Assembly: GCA_934456295.1 (NCBI GenBank)
Contig: CAKSHB010000001.1
Location: 174 to 64,173 of the forward strand
DNA from: an uncultured Clostridia bacterium
GTDB lineage: Bacteria; Bacillota; Clostridia; UBA1381; UMGS1253
Reading direction: 5' to 3'
Length of the DNA stretch: 64,000 bases
Part shown: in pieces, positions 44,832 to 54,425 of the stretch
How the letters are laid out: the number at the start of each line of letters is the position of its first letter
How positions within the stretch are numbered: position 1 is the first letter of the stretch
Program-made: the position numbers and the translations under genes
The notes under the pieces: generated by a model
Told to the model about the DNA's origin: nothing
What the model saw: the letters and a program-made list of their open reading frames with translations, nothing else
The model's database searches: none

Positions 44832-47563
44832 GGACGGAAGATAAAATACTTAAAATACAAAAATTTACATTCACATACCCCATGAGCAAAATGCCTGCGC
44901 TTGAAAATGTATCATTTTCGGCAGACAGGGGCGAGTTTGTGACGCTGTGCGGCAAATCGGGCTGCGGCAAATCGACGCTTCTGCGCTGCATAAAGCCATC
45001 GCTTGCGCCTCATGGGGAAAAATCGGGTACGATTTATTTTGACGGGCGCGATACAGGCTCACTCGACCTGAGGGCTCAGAGCGAAAAAATCGGATTTGTC
45101 ATGCAAAGCCCCGACAATCAGATTGTTACGGATAAGGTGTGGCATGAGCTGGCATTCGGGCTTGAAAGCCTTGGGTGTAATGCGGAGCAAATACGTGCAA
45201 GAGTGGCTGAAATGGCATCATTTTTCGGCATACAGACATGGTTTCACAAAAAGACGGAGGAGCTGTCGGGCGGACAGAAGCAAATTTTAAATCTTGCATC
45301 TGTTATGGTAATGCAGCCGTCGCTTCTGATACTTGATGAACCCACGAGCCAGCTTGACTCGATTGCGGCAGAGGAGTTTCTGTCGGCTCTCGTGAAGGTC
45401 AACCGCGAGCTGGGCGTAAGCGTGATACTTACGGAGCACAGGCTTGAGGAGGCTCTGGCGGTTACGGACAGGGTTGTTGTTCTCGATGAAGGAAAAATTA
45501 TCGCCGATGGCAGTGTGAGAGAGACCGGCGATATATTAAGACATCGGCGCCATGAAATGTTTTCGGCGTTTCCGACGGCGATGCGCGTATATGCCGGAGC
45601 AGAAAGCTGCTTGCCGTGTCCCGTAACTGTGCGCGAGGGCAGAGCATGGCTCAAAGAAACGGCTGCACGCACGGGAGTCGACATGCAGCGTGTTGCGCAC
45701 GGTGTAAAAAATGAAAATAAAGGCGAAACGGCGGCGGAGCTTGACGGGGTATGGTTTCGGTACAAAAAAGATTTGCCCGATGTGCTGCGCGGAGTTTCGG
45801 TTAAAATGTATACAGGCGAGATTTTTGCGGTTGTCGGCGGAAACGGAGCCGGAAAATCGACAATGCTGTCAGCGTTAAGCACGGCAATAAAGCCGCAGAG
45901 GGGAAGTGTCCGTCTGTTCGGCAGGTGTGCCGAACAGACGGAGAAGAAATTTGACGGACTTCTCGGCGTGCTGCCCCAAAATCCGCAGACGCTTTTTGTA
46001 AAGAAAACCGTGGAGCTTGATTTATATGAGATGCTTTCGGAAAAGGATATATCAAAAGAAGAAAAAGCTGATATGGTTGAAGAGGCGCTTTATAAATGCG
46101 AGCTTACACAGCTTCGCGGCAGGCACCCGTATGATTTGTCGGGCGGTGAGGCACAGCGTGCCGCACTTGCAAAAATATTGCTTTTGAAGCCTCGGATTTT
46201 GCTGCTTGATGAGCCGACAAAAGGGCTTGACACACATTTTAAGAAAAAGCTGGCGCGTATATTATACAAACTGAAAGAAGAAGGAACTGCAATCGTAATG
46301 GTGTCGCACGATATAGAGTTTTGTGCGCGGTATGCCGACCGCTGCGCGATGTTTTTTGACGGCGGAATTGTCGGAATGGGTGAGGCGCGTGAGTTTTTTT
46401 CGGGCAAAAGCTTTTATACCACGGCTGCAAACCGCATGGCGCGCGGAATTGTTGACGGCGCTGTGCTTGATGAGGATATAATTGCGGCTTTGGGAGGCGA
46501 TATCGGTCGGGGCATGTATGACGATGGAGAGGATTTTGGTTCATCGGATTTTAAACGGACGGATAAAGACGGCAGTGTGCCCGATAAAAAAAGAAACGCC
46601 TATAGAGCCGAATGTGCGGACAATCAAAAGGAAAAGCTGAAAAACGGCGAAAAGAAAAACAGGCTGTCTGCAAAAAGAATTATCTTCGGCATATTTTTTG
46701 CCGTATGCTTTGCTCTTACTATGATTTTTTTTCATAACAAGTACGGCGATGTCAGAATGTATGCGGTGCAGCTTTTTGAGATAATGCTTTGCGCGCTCAG
46801 TCTGAATTGCTTTATTGTTCAAAAACCGATTTCGGTAAAGATACGGACAATGCATAAGGAGAAAAATGCTGTGCCGAAGGCGGCAGCCTTTGCCGCAGCG
46901 ACACTTCTGGCGGCAGCGGCAACGCTGTGGGCAGGGATATATTTTTTTGATGACAGAAAATACTATTTTATAAGCATGCTGATTATGTTCGAAATTGCCC
47001 TGCCGTTTTTTGTGACATTTGAAAAACGGCGTTACGGCGCACGTGAACTTGTGGTGATAAGTGTGCTGTGTGCGATTGCGGTTGCAGGGCGCACAGCGTT
47101 TTACATGCTGCCGCAGTTTAAGCCTGTGGCGGCTGTTGTAATACTGACGGGCGTATGCTTCGGCGCACAGGCGGGAGCGCTTACAGGTGCAATTTCGGCG
47201 TTTGTTTCAAATTTTTTCTTCACACAGGGGCCGTGGACGCCGTGGCAGATGTTTTCCTTCGGGGTGATAGGCTTTTTTGCCGGAGCGCTGTTTCACAGCG
47301 GACTCATACGGACAGGCAAAGGCTCACTGTGCATATTCGGTGCGGCAATGTGCATTTTCATATACGGCGGAATTATGAACCCTGCATCGGTGATTATGTG
47401 GCAGGGAAAGCCGAGCGCGGAAATGTTTGCGCTGGCATATTTGCAGGCAATACCGTTTGATGTGATACACAGTGCGGCGACGGCGTTTTTCCTTTGGTTT
47501 GCGTCGGGTCCGATGATTGAAAAGCTTGAGCGCATAAAGGTAAAATACGGCATCTTGGAGTAG
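44819..47563 (+). CDS. Fused ECF ATPase-ATPase-membrane (S-component-like) protein
   Basis: Two ABC modules (Walker A GKSGCGKST and GGNGAGKST, signatures LSGGQKQ and LSGGEAQR), a charged linker, then a ~280-aa domain with about 9-10 hydrophobic segments. The last six or so resemble an ECF S component (RELVVISVLCAIAVAGRTAFY...). ATG 44819 follows GGGAGG. Confidence 0.8.
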   Translation: MGEIRTEDKILKIQKFTFTYPMSKMPALENVSFSADRGEFVTLCGKSGCGKSTLLRCIKPSLAPHGEKSGTIYFDGRDTGSLDLRAQSEKIGFVMQSPDNQIVTDKVWHELAFGLESLGCNAEQIRARVAEMASFFGIQTWFHKKTEELSGGQKQILNLASVMVMQPSLLILDEPTSQLDSIAAEEFLSALVKVNRELGVSVILTEHRLEEALAVTDRVVVLDEGKIIADGSVRETGDILRHRRHEMFSAFPTAMRVYAGAESCLPCPVTVREGRAWLKETAARTGVDMQRVAHGVKNENKGETAAELDGVWFRYKKDLPDVLRGVSVKMYTGEIFAVVGGNGAGKSTMLSALSTAIKPQRGSVRLFGRCAEQTEKKFDGLLGVLPQNPQTLFVKKTVELDLYEMLSEKDISKEEKADMVEEALYKCELTQLRGRHPYDLSGGEAQRAALAKILLLKPRILLLDEPTKGLDTHFKKKLARILYKLKEEGTAIVMVSHDIEFCARYADRCAMFFDGGIVGMGEAREFFSGKSFYTTAANRMARGIVDGAVLDEDIIAALGGDIGRGMYDDGEDFGSSDFKRTDKDGSVPDKKRNAYRAECADNQKEKLKNGEKKNRLSAKRIIFGIFFAVCFALTMIFFHNKYGDVRMYAVQLFEIMLCALSLNCFIVQKPISVKIRTMHKEKNAVPKAAAFAAATLLAAAATLWAGIYFFDDRKYYFISMLIMFEIALPFFVTFEKRRYGARELVVISVLCAIAVAGRTAFYMLPQFKPVAAVVILTGVCFGAQAGALTGAISAFVSNFFFTQGPWTPWQMFSFGVIGFFAGALFHSGLIRTGKGSLCIFGAAMCIFIYGGIMNPASVIMWQGKPSAEMFALAYLQAIPFDVIHSAATAFFLWFASGPMIEKLERIKVKYGILE

Positions 47564-47578
47564 AGAGAGCAAAAGGCG

Positions 47579-48247
47579 TTACTGCTGAAAGAAGTGCATT
47601 ACGGCAACGGCGAGCAATATCAGCCCGGGTGTAAGCGCACTTATACGCGAGCTGAAAATTTTTATCCGCGAAAAATGCTTGCCAAGCATGGTTCCCGTAT
47701 AGAGCAGAAGAACCTGAAATATGCCGACAAGGAGCGGAACCGTGTACGGCGCCGCGCCCGATGTTCCGAAGCCGATACAGCTGCATACGGAGTCTAATGA
47801 GAGCATGAACGCGAGATATACTGACTCAAAAAAGTCGATATTAAGCGAACGGTCGAAATCGCAGTTTACGGGACGTTTTATTATTTTTACGCTGAGGTAT
47901 ATCGAACGCAGGTCAAACTCAAATGTTCGCTCAGCGCTTAATGCTTTTTCCGTTTTTTCGGAGAGGGCATTTTTTTTGTGCGGCGAAAAATCGGAAAATG
48001 AGTCGGCAATCATCCATATCCCCAGAAGGGAAAGCATCAAAAAGCTTATTATACGAGAAATATTTTCAGGCAAAAACTGTGAAAGTGCATTTCCGAAAAA
48101 TGTACCGGCGGCGGACATGAGAGCCGAAATTATAAAAATGACTGCCAGAGAGGATAAGGGCAGACGTATTTTTTTTATTCCGTAGCTGAAGCCGACTGCC
48201 GCGGCATCAAGACTTAGTGAAAGTGCGAGAAGAATGAGTGTATACAT
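47579..48247 (-). CDS. ytaF: Sporulation membrane protein YtaF (MntP-like fold)
   Basis: MYTLILLALSLSLDAAAVGFSYGIKKIRLP... and the duplicated half (FMLSLDSVCSCIGFG) match the YtaF/MntP pattern. Confidence 0.75.
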   Translation of the reverse strand: MYTLILLALSLSLDAAAVGFSYGIKKIRLPLSSLAVIFIISALMSAAGTFFGNALSQFLPENISRIISFLMLSLLGIWMIADSFSDFSPHKKNALSEKTEKALSAERTFEFDLRSIYLSVKIIKRPVNCDFDRSLNIDFFESVYLAFMLSLDSVCSCIGFGTSGAAPYTVPLLVGIFQVLLLYTGTMLGKHFSRIKIFSSRISALTPGLILLAVAVMHFFQQ

Positions 48248-48419
48248 GTGTCGGGACACGCTCCTCATATACTGATTTTGCGGTTTTTTTAAAATTTGCT
48301 CCGCAGTAAAAATATATGACCGCTATCTCAGATACGTGAGTTTCGGCGCCTTGGAAATGATATTGTTAAAGATATGTCACATGTAATAAAAATGAAACAA
48401 TTAAAAATGGAAAAAGGGA

Positions 48420-48448
48420 TTGACTTTTATGCATTAAGTGAGTATACT
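48420..48448 (+). promoter_or_regulatory. Sigma-A promoter of the ABC exporter pair
   Basis: TTGACT, a 17-nt spacer, then TATACT. Confidence 0.55.
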
Positions 48449-48501
48449 ACCCGTGAATTGGAAAATTTTTCGGCCGGAATTAATTTTAAGGAGGCGGAAT
48501 A

Positions 48502-50268
48502 ATGACACAGATAAAGTGGATTTTTGAAAACATGAAGGGGAGCAGATGGAAGTTTTATATGGGGACATTTATAAATCTTTTCATCGTACTTCCGCTTGCC
48601 GTTGTGCCTGCCATGATTATTACCGTATTTGTGGATCAGGTTTTTACAAACGGCGATATGTCAAACGCCTATCTTCTGATGGCGGCATATGCAGGCATAC
48701 ATCTGCTGCGCTCTGTAATGCAGTACACCCAGGCTGTCATGCTTGACAGCGCTTCGGCGGATATTCTGGCGCGTTTCAGAACAAAACTCTATGAGAAGCT
48801 TCAGGCGCTTTCACCTTCATTTTATGGCACAAACCGCACGGGCGACATCATGATGCGTCTGACGGGCGACCTTGAGGCAATGCGCCATTTTGTTGCATGG
48901 GTAATGTGTGCGGCAGGCTACTGTGTGCTGCAGTTTATTGCGGCGCTTGTCGTATTTTATTCAACAAATGCAATTCTTGCAACAGTGCTGCTTGTTGTTT
49001 CGCCGTTTATGGCGTATCTTGTTATTAAAATGCGCAAGGTGTCATCGCCGATGTATGTGTACCTGCGTGAAGTAAACAGCCGCTTAAACGCCGCCGTTCA
49101 GGAAAATATTGCCGGAAACAGAGTTGTGAAGGCGTTTGTGAGAGAGAAGTTTGAATTTGATAAATTCAGCAAGCTTAATAATGAGTATCGCGACGCGGCA
49201 ACTTCTGCCGCAAAGGTATGGGCAAAGTTCGGTCCGATATTCAATGCTCTGGGCAATGGCGTAATGATTACAACCTTCATAGCCGGCGGCATAATGGTAA
49301 TATATAATCAGCTCACGGTAGGCGAATTTTTGCTTTTTTACAACCTGAACTGGCTTATAAACTCATCAATGTCGATTGCGGGTATTGTAATAAACGATTC
49401 GCAGCGTTTCTTTTCGTCCACACAGAAGGTTATGCAGCTCTATTATGCGCGCTGCGACATAAAGAACGGCGAAAATCCGTATGTGCCGAAAGAGGACGAA
49501 AACGAAAATTCGGGCATGGTGGAATTTGAAAATGTAAATTTCAGCTATGACAAAAATCATGTGCTTGAGGATATAACGCTTACGGCAAAGCCGGGGCAGA
49601 CGATAGGCATAATGGGTCCGACGGGCTCGGGCAAATCGACGCTTGCCATGCTTATGGCAAGGTTTGCCGATGTCACGGGCGGCAGTGTGAAAATTGACGG
49701 AGTCGATGTGCGCGACTACGATTTGGATGCGCTTCGCAAAAAAATCGGCATATCAATGCAGGACGTATTTCTGTTTTCAAACACAATTGACGCAAATATT
49801 GCATACAGTGACCCCGATATGGACACGGAGCGTGTTGTCGAATATGCAAAAATGGCTGACGCGGACGGCTTTATACGGCGCATGCCGGACGGGTACGACA
49901 CGATTGTGGGCGAACGCGGAGTAGGTCTGTCGGGCGGACAGAAGCAGCGAATTGCGCTTGCACGCGCGCTGGCACATGAATCGCCGATTGTTATTCTGGA
50001 CGATACAACCTCGGCGGTGGATATGGAAACGGAAAAATACATACAGTCACAGCTTGCGTCACGCAAAGGCAAGCATACGACATTCATAATTGCGCAGCGT
50101 ATATCGTCGGTTAAAGATGCGGACAAAATTTTTATAATTGAGAACGGAAGGATTTCCGAAAGCGGAAGTCACAGGGAGCTGCTTGCGAAAAAGGGATATT
50201 ATTATGATATCTACTGTTTGCAGCAGGGATATGAGAACAGCAAAGAGGAGGTGCGTACAAATGGCTGA
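48502..50268 (+). CDS. ABC exporter, fused permease/ATPase (heterodimer subunit 1)
   Basis: A six-TM N-terminal domain, Walker A GPTGSGKST, signature LSGGQKQR and Walker B ILDDTTS. Confidence 0.9.
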   Translation: MTQIKWIFENMKGSRWKFYMGTFINLFIVLPLAVVPAMIITVFVDQVFTNGDMSNAYLLMAAYAGIHLLRSVMQYTQAVMLDSASADILARFRTKLYEKLQALSPSFYGTNRTGDIMMRLTGDLEAMRHFVAWVMCAAGYCVLQFIAALVVFYSTNAILATVLLVVSPFMAYLVIKMRKVSSPMYVYLREVNSRLNAAVQENIAGNRVVKAFVREKFEFDKFSKLNNEYRDAATSAAKVWAKFGPIFNALGNGVMITTFIAGGIMVIYNQLTVGEFLLFYNLNWLINSSMSIAGIVINDSQRFFSSTQKVMQLYYARCDIKNGENPYVPKEDENENSGMVEFENVNFSYDKNHVLEDITLTAKPGQTIGIMGPTGSGKSTLAMLMARFADVTGGSVKIDGVDVRDYDLDALRKKIGISMQDVFLFSNTIDANIAYSDPDMDTERVVEYAKMADADGFIRRMPDGYDTIVGERGVGLSGGQKQRIALARALAHESPIVILDDTTSAVDMETEKYIQSQLASRKGKHTTFIIAQRISSVKDADKIFIIENGRISESGSHRELLAKKGYYYDIYCLQQGYENSKEEVRTNG

Positions 50269-52045
50269 AGCAGCGGCAAAGCAGAAACGCAACAAATATG
50301 ACGTTGATGAAAAGCTTGACACACCGTTTAATATCAAGCACCTGACAAGGAGTGCAAAGTATGTAAAAAAGCATGCAAAAGATATGCTTTTTGCGCTCGT
50401 GTTTAGTATTATTGCAATAGTTTCGGGCTTGGCATTTCCGTCGATACTTCGTGTTATTACCGATGATTTTATACCTTCAAAAAATGTGTGGGGCATTATC
50501 GGAGCAGGTGCGGTCGGATTTGCGCTGGTGGGCATAATTATGTTTTCCGAGCGCAGGCGCGGAATTATCAGCAACCGCACGGGGCAGCAGATTGTGTCGG
50601 AAATGCGTGCGGATTTGTTTGAACATCTGCAAAAGCTTCCGTTTGACTATTTTGATTCGCGTCCACATGGGAAAATTCTGGTGCGCGTTGTGAACTATGT
50701 AAACTCCGTGGCAGACTTTTTTTCAAACGGACTTATAAATATTGCGCTTGAGCTATTGAGCCTTGTATTTATAATATTTTTCATGCTGTGGACAAATGTG
50801 GAGCTTTCGCTTGTTGTAATGGCGGGGCTTGTGCCTTTTGTGATATATGTGCTGCTCATAAAAAACGCACAGCGCAAGGCAAGCCGCACATTTTCAAACA
50901 AAAACTCAAACATGAACGCATACTATCAGGAAAGTATTGACGGCATGAAGGTTACGCAGTCCTTTGACCGACAGGAGGTAAATTACGGCATTGCGTACAA
51001 AATGGCGGACGAATGTTCAAAATGGTTTGTCAAACGTACACTTTTTGCACAGTCGATGACCCCTTCGGCGGCAATATTGTCGGCGGTTGTTACAGCGGCA
51101 ATTTACCTTATAGGAATAGGCACACATGGGATAAGCGTCGGCGTAATAATAGCTATGGCGGCATACTGCGGACGTTTCTGGCAGCCTATACAGAATTTGG
51201 GCAGCCTGTACAACAGCGTTATTGATACGGCGGCATATCTTGAGAGAATTTTTGAGATGATGGACGAAAAGGTTGATATTGATGATAAAGAAGGGGCATA
51301 TGAACTCCCCGATATAAAGGGTGAAGTTAAATTTGAGCATGTGTTCTTTGAGTATGAGAAAGATGTGCCGATTTTGAAAGATGTGACATTTACGGCAAAG
51401 GCAGGACAGTCAATTGCGCTTGTCGGTCCCACGGGCGCCGGCAAAACAACGGTGGTAAACCTGCTTGCGCGTTTTTACGACATAAAATCCGGCTCAATAA
51501 CGATTGACGGAAACAGCATATATGATGTGACGATAAATTCCCTGCGCCGTCAGATGGGAATGATGCTTCAGGATACGTTTATATTTTCGGGCACAATTAT
51601 GGAAAATATAAAGTACGGCAGACTTGACGCAACCGATGAGGAGGCGATGGAGGCGGCAAAAATTGTTTCGGCACATGATTTTATAATGGAACTGCCCGAC
51701 GGGTACAACACTGTTGTGACGGAGCGCGGAGGCTCTCTGTCGGCAGGACAGCGCCAGCTCATAAGCTTTGCGCGCACACTTCTTGCCGACCCGAAAGTAC
51801 TGATACTTGATGAGGCAACATCGGCAATCGACACAAAAACAGAGCTGCTTGTTCAAAAGGGACTGCAAAATCTTTTAAAGGGCAGAACGTCGTTTATAAT
51901 TGCACACAGACTTTCAACCATTAAAAACTGTGACAGAATAATGTATATAGCGCAGAAAAATATTGCCGAATCCGGCAACCACCGGCAGCTGCTTGATGCG
52001 CACGGCTTATATTACGAGCTTTATACATCTCAGCTCACTGAATAG
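50261..52045 (+). CDS. ABC exporter, fused permease/ATPase (heterodimer subunit 2)
   Basis: ATG 50261 overlaps the upstream stop and follows AGAGGAGGTG. Walker A GPTGAGKTT, signature LSAGQRQL and Walker B ILDEATS. Confidence 0.9.
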   Translation: MAEAAAKQKRNKYDVDEKLDTPFNIKHLTRSAKYVKKHAKDMLFALVFSIIAIVSGLAFPSILRVITDDFIPSKNVWGIIGAGAVGFALVGIIMFSERRRGIISNRTGQQIVSEMRADLFEHLQKLPFDYFDSRPHGKILVRVVNYVNSVADFFSNGLINIALELLSLVFIIFFMLWTNVELSLVVMAGLVPFVIYVLLIKNAQRKASRTFSNKNSNMNAYYQESIDGMKVTQSFDRQEVNYGIAYKMADECSKWFVKRTLFAQSMTPSAAILSAVVTAAIYLIGIGTHGISVGVIIAMAAYCGRFWQPIQNLGSLYNSVIDTAAYLERIFEMMDEKVDIDDKEGAYELPDIKGEVKFEHVFFEYEKDVPILKDVTFTAKAGQSIALVGPTGAGKTTVVNLLARFYDIKSGSITIDGNSIYDVTINSLRRQMGMMLQDTFIFSGTIMENIKYGRLDATDEEAMEAAKIVSAHDFIMELPDGYNTVVTERGGSLSAGQRQLISFARTLLADPKVLILDEATSAIDTKTELLVQKGLQNLLKGRTSFIIAHRLSTIKNCDRIMYIAQKNIAESGNHRQLLDAHGLYYELYTSQLTE

Positions 52046-52076
52046 ATAAAAAATTTAACGAAAGAGGCGTTTTACT

Positions 52077-52865
52077 ATGGTGATAAGACTCGACAGATAT
52101 CCGAAAGGAAAAACAAGAGCGGTAACGTTCAGTTATGATGATGCCAAAGAGGCAGACTATAAGCTGGTGGAGATGTTTAATAAATACGGAGCGGTCGGCA
52201 CATTTAATATCGACTCAAAACATATCGGAGAGGCGCACAGAGTTAAAGAAGAGGACGTGAAAACGCTTTATAAGGGGCACGAAGTTGCGTCACATATGTA
52301 TACACATCCTTTTCCGCATATGCTTAGCATGAATGAGCTGCGAAATGAGGTTGTATTTGACCGCGAAAAACTTGAACGCCTGACGGGGCAAATTGTGCGC
52401 GGTATGGCGTATCCGTTCGGCGCATATACGGACGAAGTTGTAAAAACGCTGCCGTCATTGGGCATTGAGTACAGCAGAACTACAAAATCACACAAAACAA
52501 TGGCGCTGCCGAAAAATTTCCTTGAGTGGCACCCGACATGTCACCATAAAGACGCGCTTGAATGTGTAAACAGTTTTAACGATGTGCGCTGGAACACATT
52601 GTCGCTGTTTTACATATGGGGACACAGCTACGAGCTTGAGGATAACGGCGACTGGGGCATGATGGAGGAGCTGCTTAAACGCATATGCGGACTTGACGAC
52701 GTATGGTATGCGTCAAATATTGACATTATGGACTATATTAAAGCGTTGAGAGCTTTGAAGTTTAGCACGGACAGCAAAACTGTGTACAACCCGTCCTGCG
52801 TGACCGTATGGATAGAGGCGGACGGCGAGGCTGTAAAAATTGAGCCGGGATATAACCGCATATAG
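52077..52865 (+). CDS. Polysaccharide deacetylase (NodB-homology) family protein
   Basis: AVTFSYDDAKEADY...HMYTHP...IWGHSYE matches the D-D / H-x-x-x-H style metal-binding motifs of CE4 enzymes. No signal peptide. Confidence 0.75.
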   Translation: MVIRLDRYPKGKTRAVTFSYDDAKEADYKLVEMFNKYGAVGTFNIDSKHIGEAHRVKEEDVKTLYKGHEVASHMYTHPFPHMLSMNELRNEVVFDREKLERLTGQIVRGMAYPFGAYTDEVVKTLPSLGIEYSRTTKSHKTMALPKNFLEWHPTCHHKDALECVNSFNDVRWNTLSLFYIWGHSYELEDNGDWGMMEELLKRICGLDDVWYASNIDIMDYIKALRALKFSTDSKTVYNPSCVTVWIEADGEAVKIEPGYNRI

Positions 52866-52952
52866 GTTTGCATGTATGATTTAATAAAAACGAAAAAAGA
52901 ACGATGGTTTTTTGCCATCATTCTTTTTTTGTGCGCCGGAATACAAAACTTC

Positions 52953-53369
52953 TTAATAACGCATTCTCACGATTTTATAACATATCCAGTATATAACAGT
53001 AAAGGCGCAGATTATGTATGCCGTTATCTGTCCGGCGTAAAAGTTTCCGGCGATGTAAAACGATACAAGCATAATTCCGCCGATAATAAGGTATACGCTG
53101 AAAGCCAGACTGCGCGCCTTTTCCATAACGGTTATATTCATCTCGTCATTTTCCGCTGTTTCGCGTTTCTGCATAGCCTCGGGATTTCTCAGGAGGCGCA
53201 CATAGCGCACCGTGCGCGCAAGCCCTGTCGCGGCAAAGATTGCGCCGAATGAGTATGCAGCGCCGTTATCTGTGCCTATAAGGTTTGCGGCGATGATGAT
53301 TGCGGCTCCGACCGCTGCGTAAAAAACGCCGAGCCATGCACGGAACTTAATTTTGTTTCTAAAATTCAT
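52953..53369 (-). CDS. Hypothetical 4-TM membrane protein co-transcribed with an XRE regulator
   Basis: 138 aa with four hydrophobic segments. It begins 6 nt after the XRE gene stop. Confidence 0.6.
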   Translation of the reverse strand: MNFRNKIKFRAWLGVFYAAVGAAIIIAANLIGTDNGAAYSFGAIFAATGLARTVRYVRLLRNPEAMQKRETAENDEMNITVMEKARSLAFSVYLIIGGIMLVSFYIAGNFYAGQITAYIICAFTVIYWICYKIVRMRY

Positions 53370-53375
53370 AAAAAG

Positions 53376-53576
53376 TCACTCCCCGTCCTCAAAAATAAAA
53401 ATATCCTCAATATTTTTGCCGAAATATTTTGCAATTTTGTGCGCAAGCTTCAGCGATGCGTCATATCTGCCGTTTTCAAGCGAGATTATTGTCTGCCGCG
53501 TTACGCCGATTGATTTTGCAAAATCGTCCTGTGTTATTTTTTTCTCTTTTCGCATGTCTTTAATTTTATTTTCCAT
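53376..53576 (-). CDS. XRE-family helix-turn-helix transcriptional regulator
   Basis: A 66-aa protein. KKITQDDFAKSIGVTRQTIISLENGRY is a canonical HTH_3 motif. Confidence 0.85.
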   Translation of the reverse strand: MENKIKDMRKEKKITQDDFAKSIGVTRQTIISLENGRYDASLKLAHKIAKYFGKNIEDIFIFEDGE

Positions 53577-53594
53577 TAAATCACTGTCCTTTAA

Positions 53595-53620
53595 AAAATG
53601 TAAAACGCGCTTTACATTTT
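53595..53620. promoter_or_regulatory. Perfect 10-bp inverted repeat, candidate operator of the XRE regulator
   Basis: aaaatgtaaa-acgcgc-tttacatttt lies 19 nt upstream of the XRE start. A third tttacatttt half-site is at 53656-53665. Confidence 0.45.
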
Positions 53621-53765
53621 TATTATATACGCAAACGTGAAAAAGTCAAGTGTATTTTACATTTTTTTATACATTAATTTTTCGGCGTGACATAATATTT
53701 TTATTTTATGGATAACATAAATCCGATTGCAGGAAACGATAAAAGCAAAACGGAGGGCTGATAAC

Positions 53766-54425
53766 ATGGAAAATGAAACAAACGAAAAGAGCGGAATAAC
53801 AAGCGCAAACGGAAGCAGGCTGAAAATTCACTGTCTTAACGTAATAGGGCAGATTGAAGGTCACACAATTCTGCCGCCGCAGGATAAAACGACAAAATAT
53901 GAATACATTTTGCCCCAGCTTGCGGCGCTTGAACAGGACGAGAATGTGGAGGGACTTTTGGTACTTTTAAACACTGCCGGAGGAGATGTTGAGGCAGGGC
54001 TGGCAATTGCGGAAATGATTGCCGGAATGTCAAAGCCGACGGTGTCTTTGGTGCTCGGCGGCGGACACAGCATAGGCGTACCGCTGGCGGTGTCGGCGGA
54101 TTATTCGTTTATTGCGCGTTCGGCGGCAATGACGCTGCATCCGCTGCGTATGAACGGAATGGTTATAGGCGTAATGCAGACATTTGATTATCTTAACAAA
54201 ATTCAGGACAGGATTGTGAGCTTTATCGCATCACACAGCAATATTTCAAAAGAGGACTTTAACGGTCTTATGCTGAAAACGGGTGAAATTGCAAATGACG
54301 TCGGCAGTATTGTGTTCGGCGAAACGGCGGTTGAATGCGGACTTATCGACAGTGTGGGAACGCTGAGCGACGCACTTTCCAAGCTGCGTGAGCTGATTGA
54401 TGAAAAGAAGGGGGATAAAAAATGA
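53766..54425 (+). CDS. tepA: ClpP-family protease-like protein TepA
   Basis: ATG 53766 is 8 nt after [16 protein letters not shown]...[19 protein letters not shown]...GGGHSIG is a ClpP/TepA-type fold pattern. Confidence 0.8.
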   Translation: MENETNEKSGITSANGSRLKIHCLNVIGQIEGHTILPPQDKTTKYEYILPQLAALEQDENVEGLLVLLNTAGGDVEAGLAIAEMIAGMSKPTVSLVLGGGHSIGVPLAVSADYSFIARSAAMTLHPLRMNGMVIGVMQTFDYLNKIQDRIVSFIASHSNISKEDFNGLMLKTGEIANDVGSIVFGETAVECGLIDSVGTLSDALSKLRELIDEKKGDKK

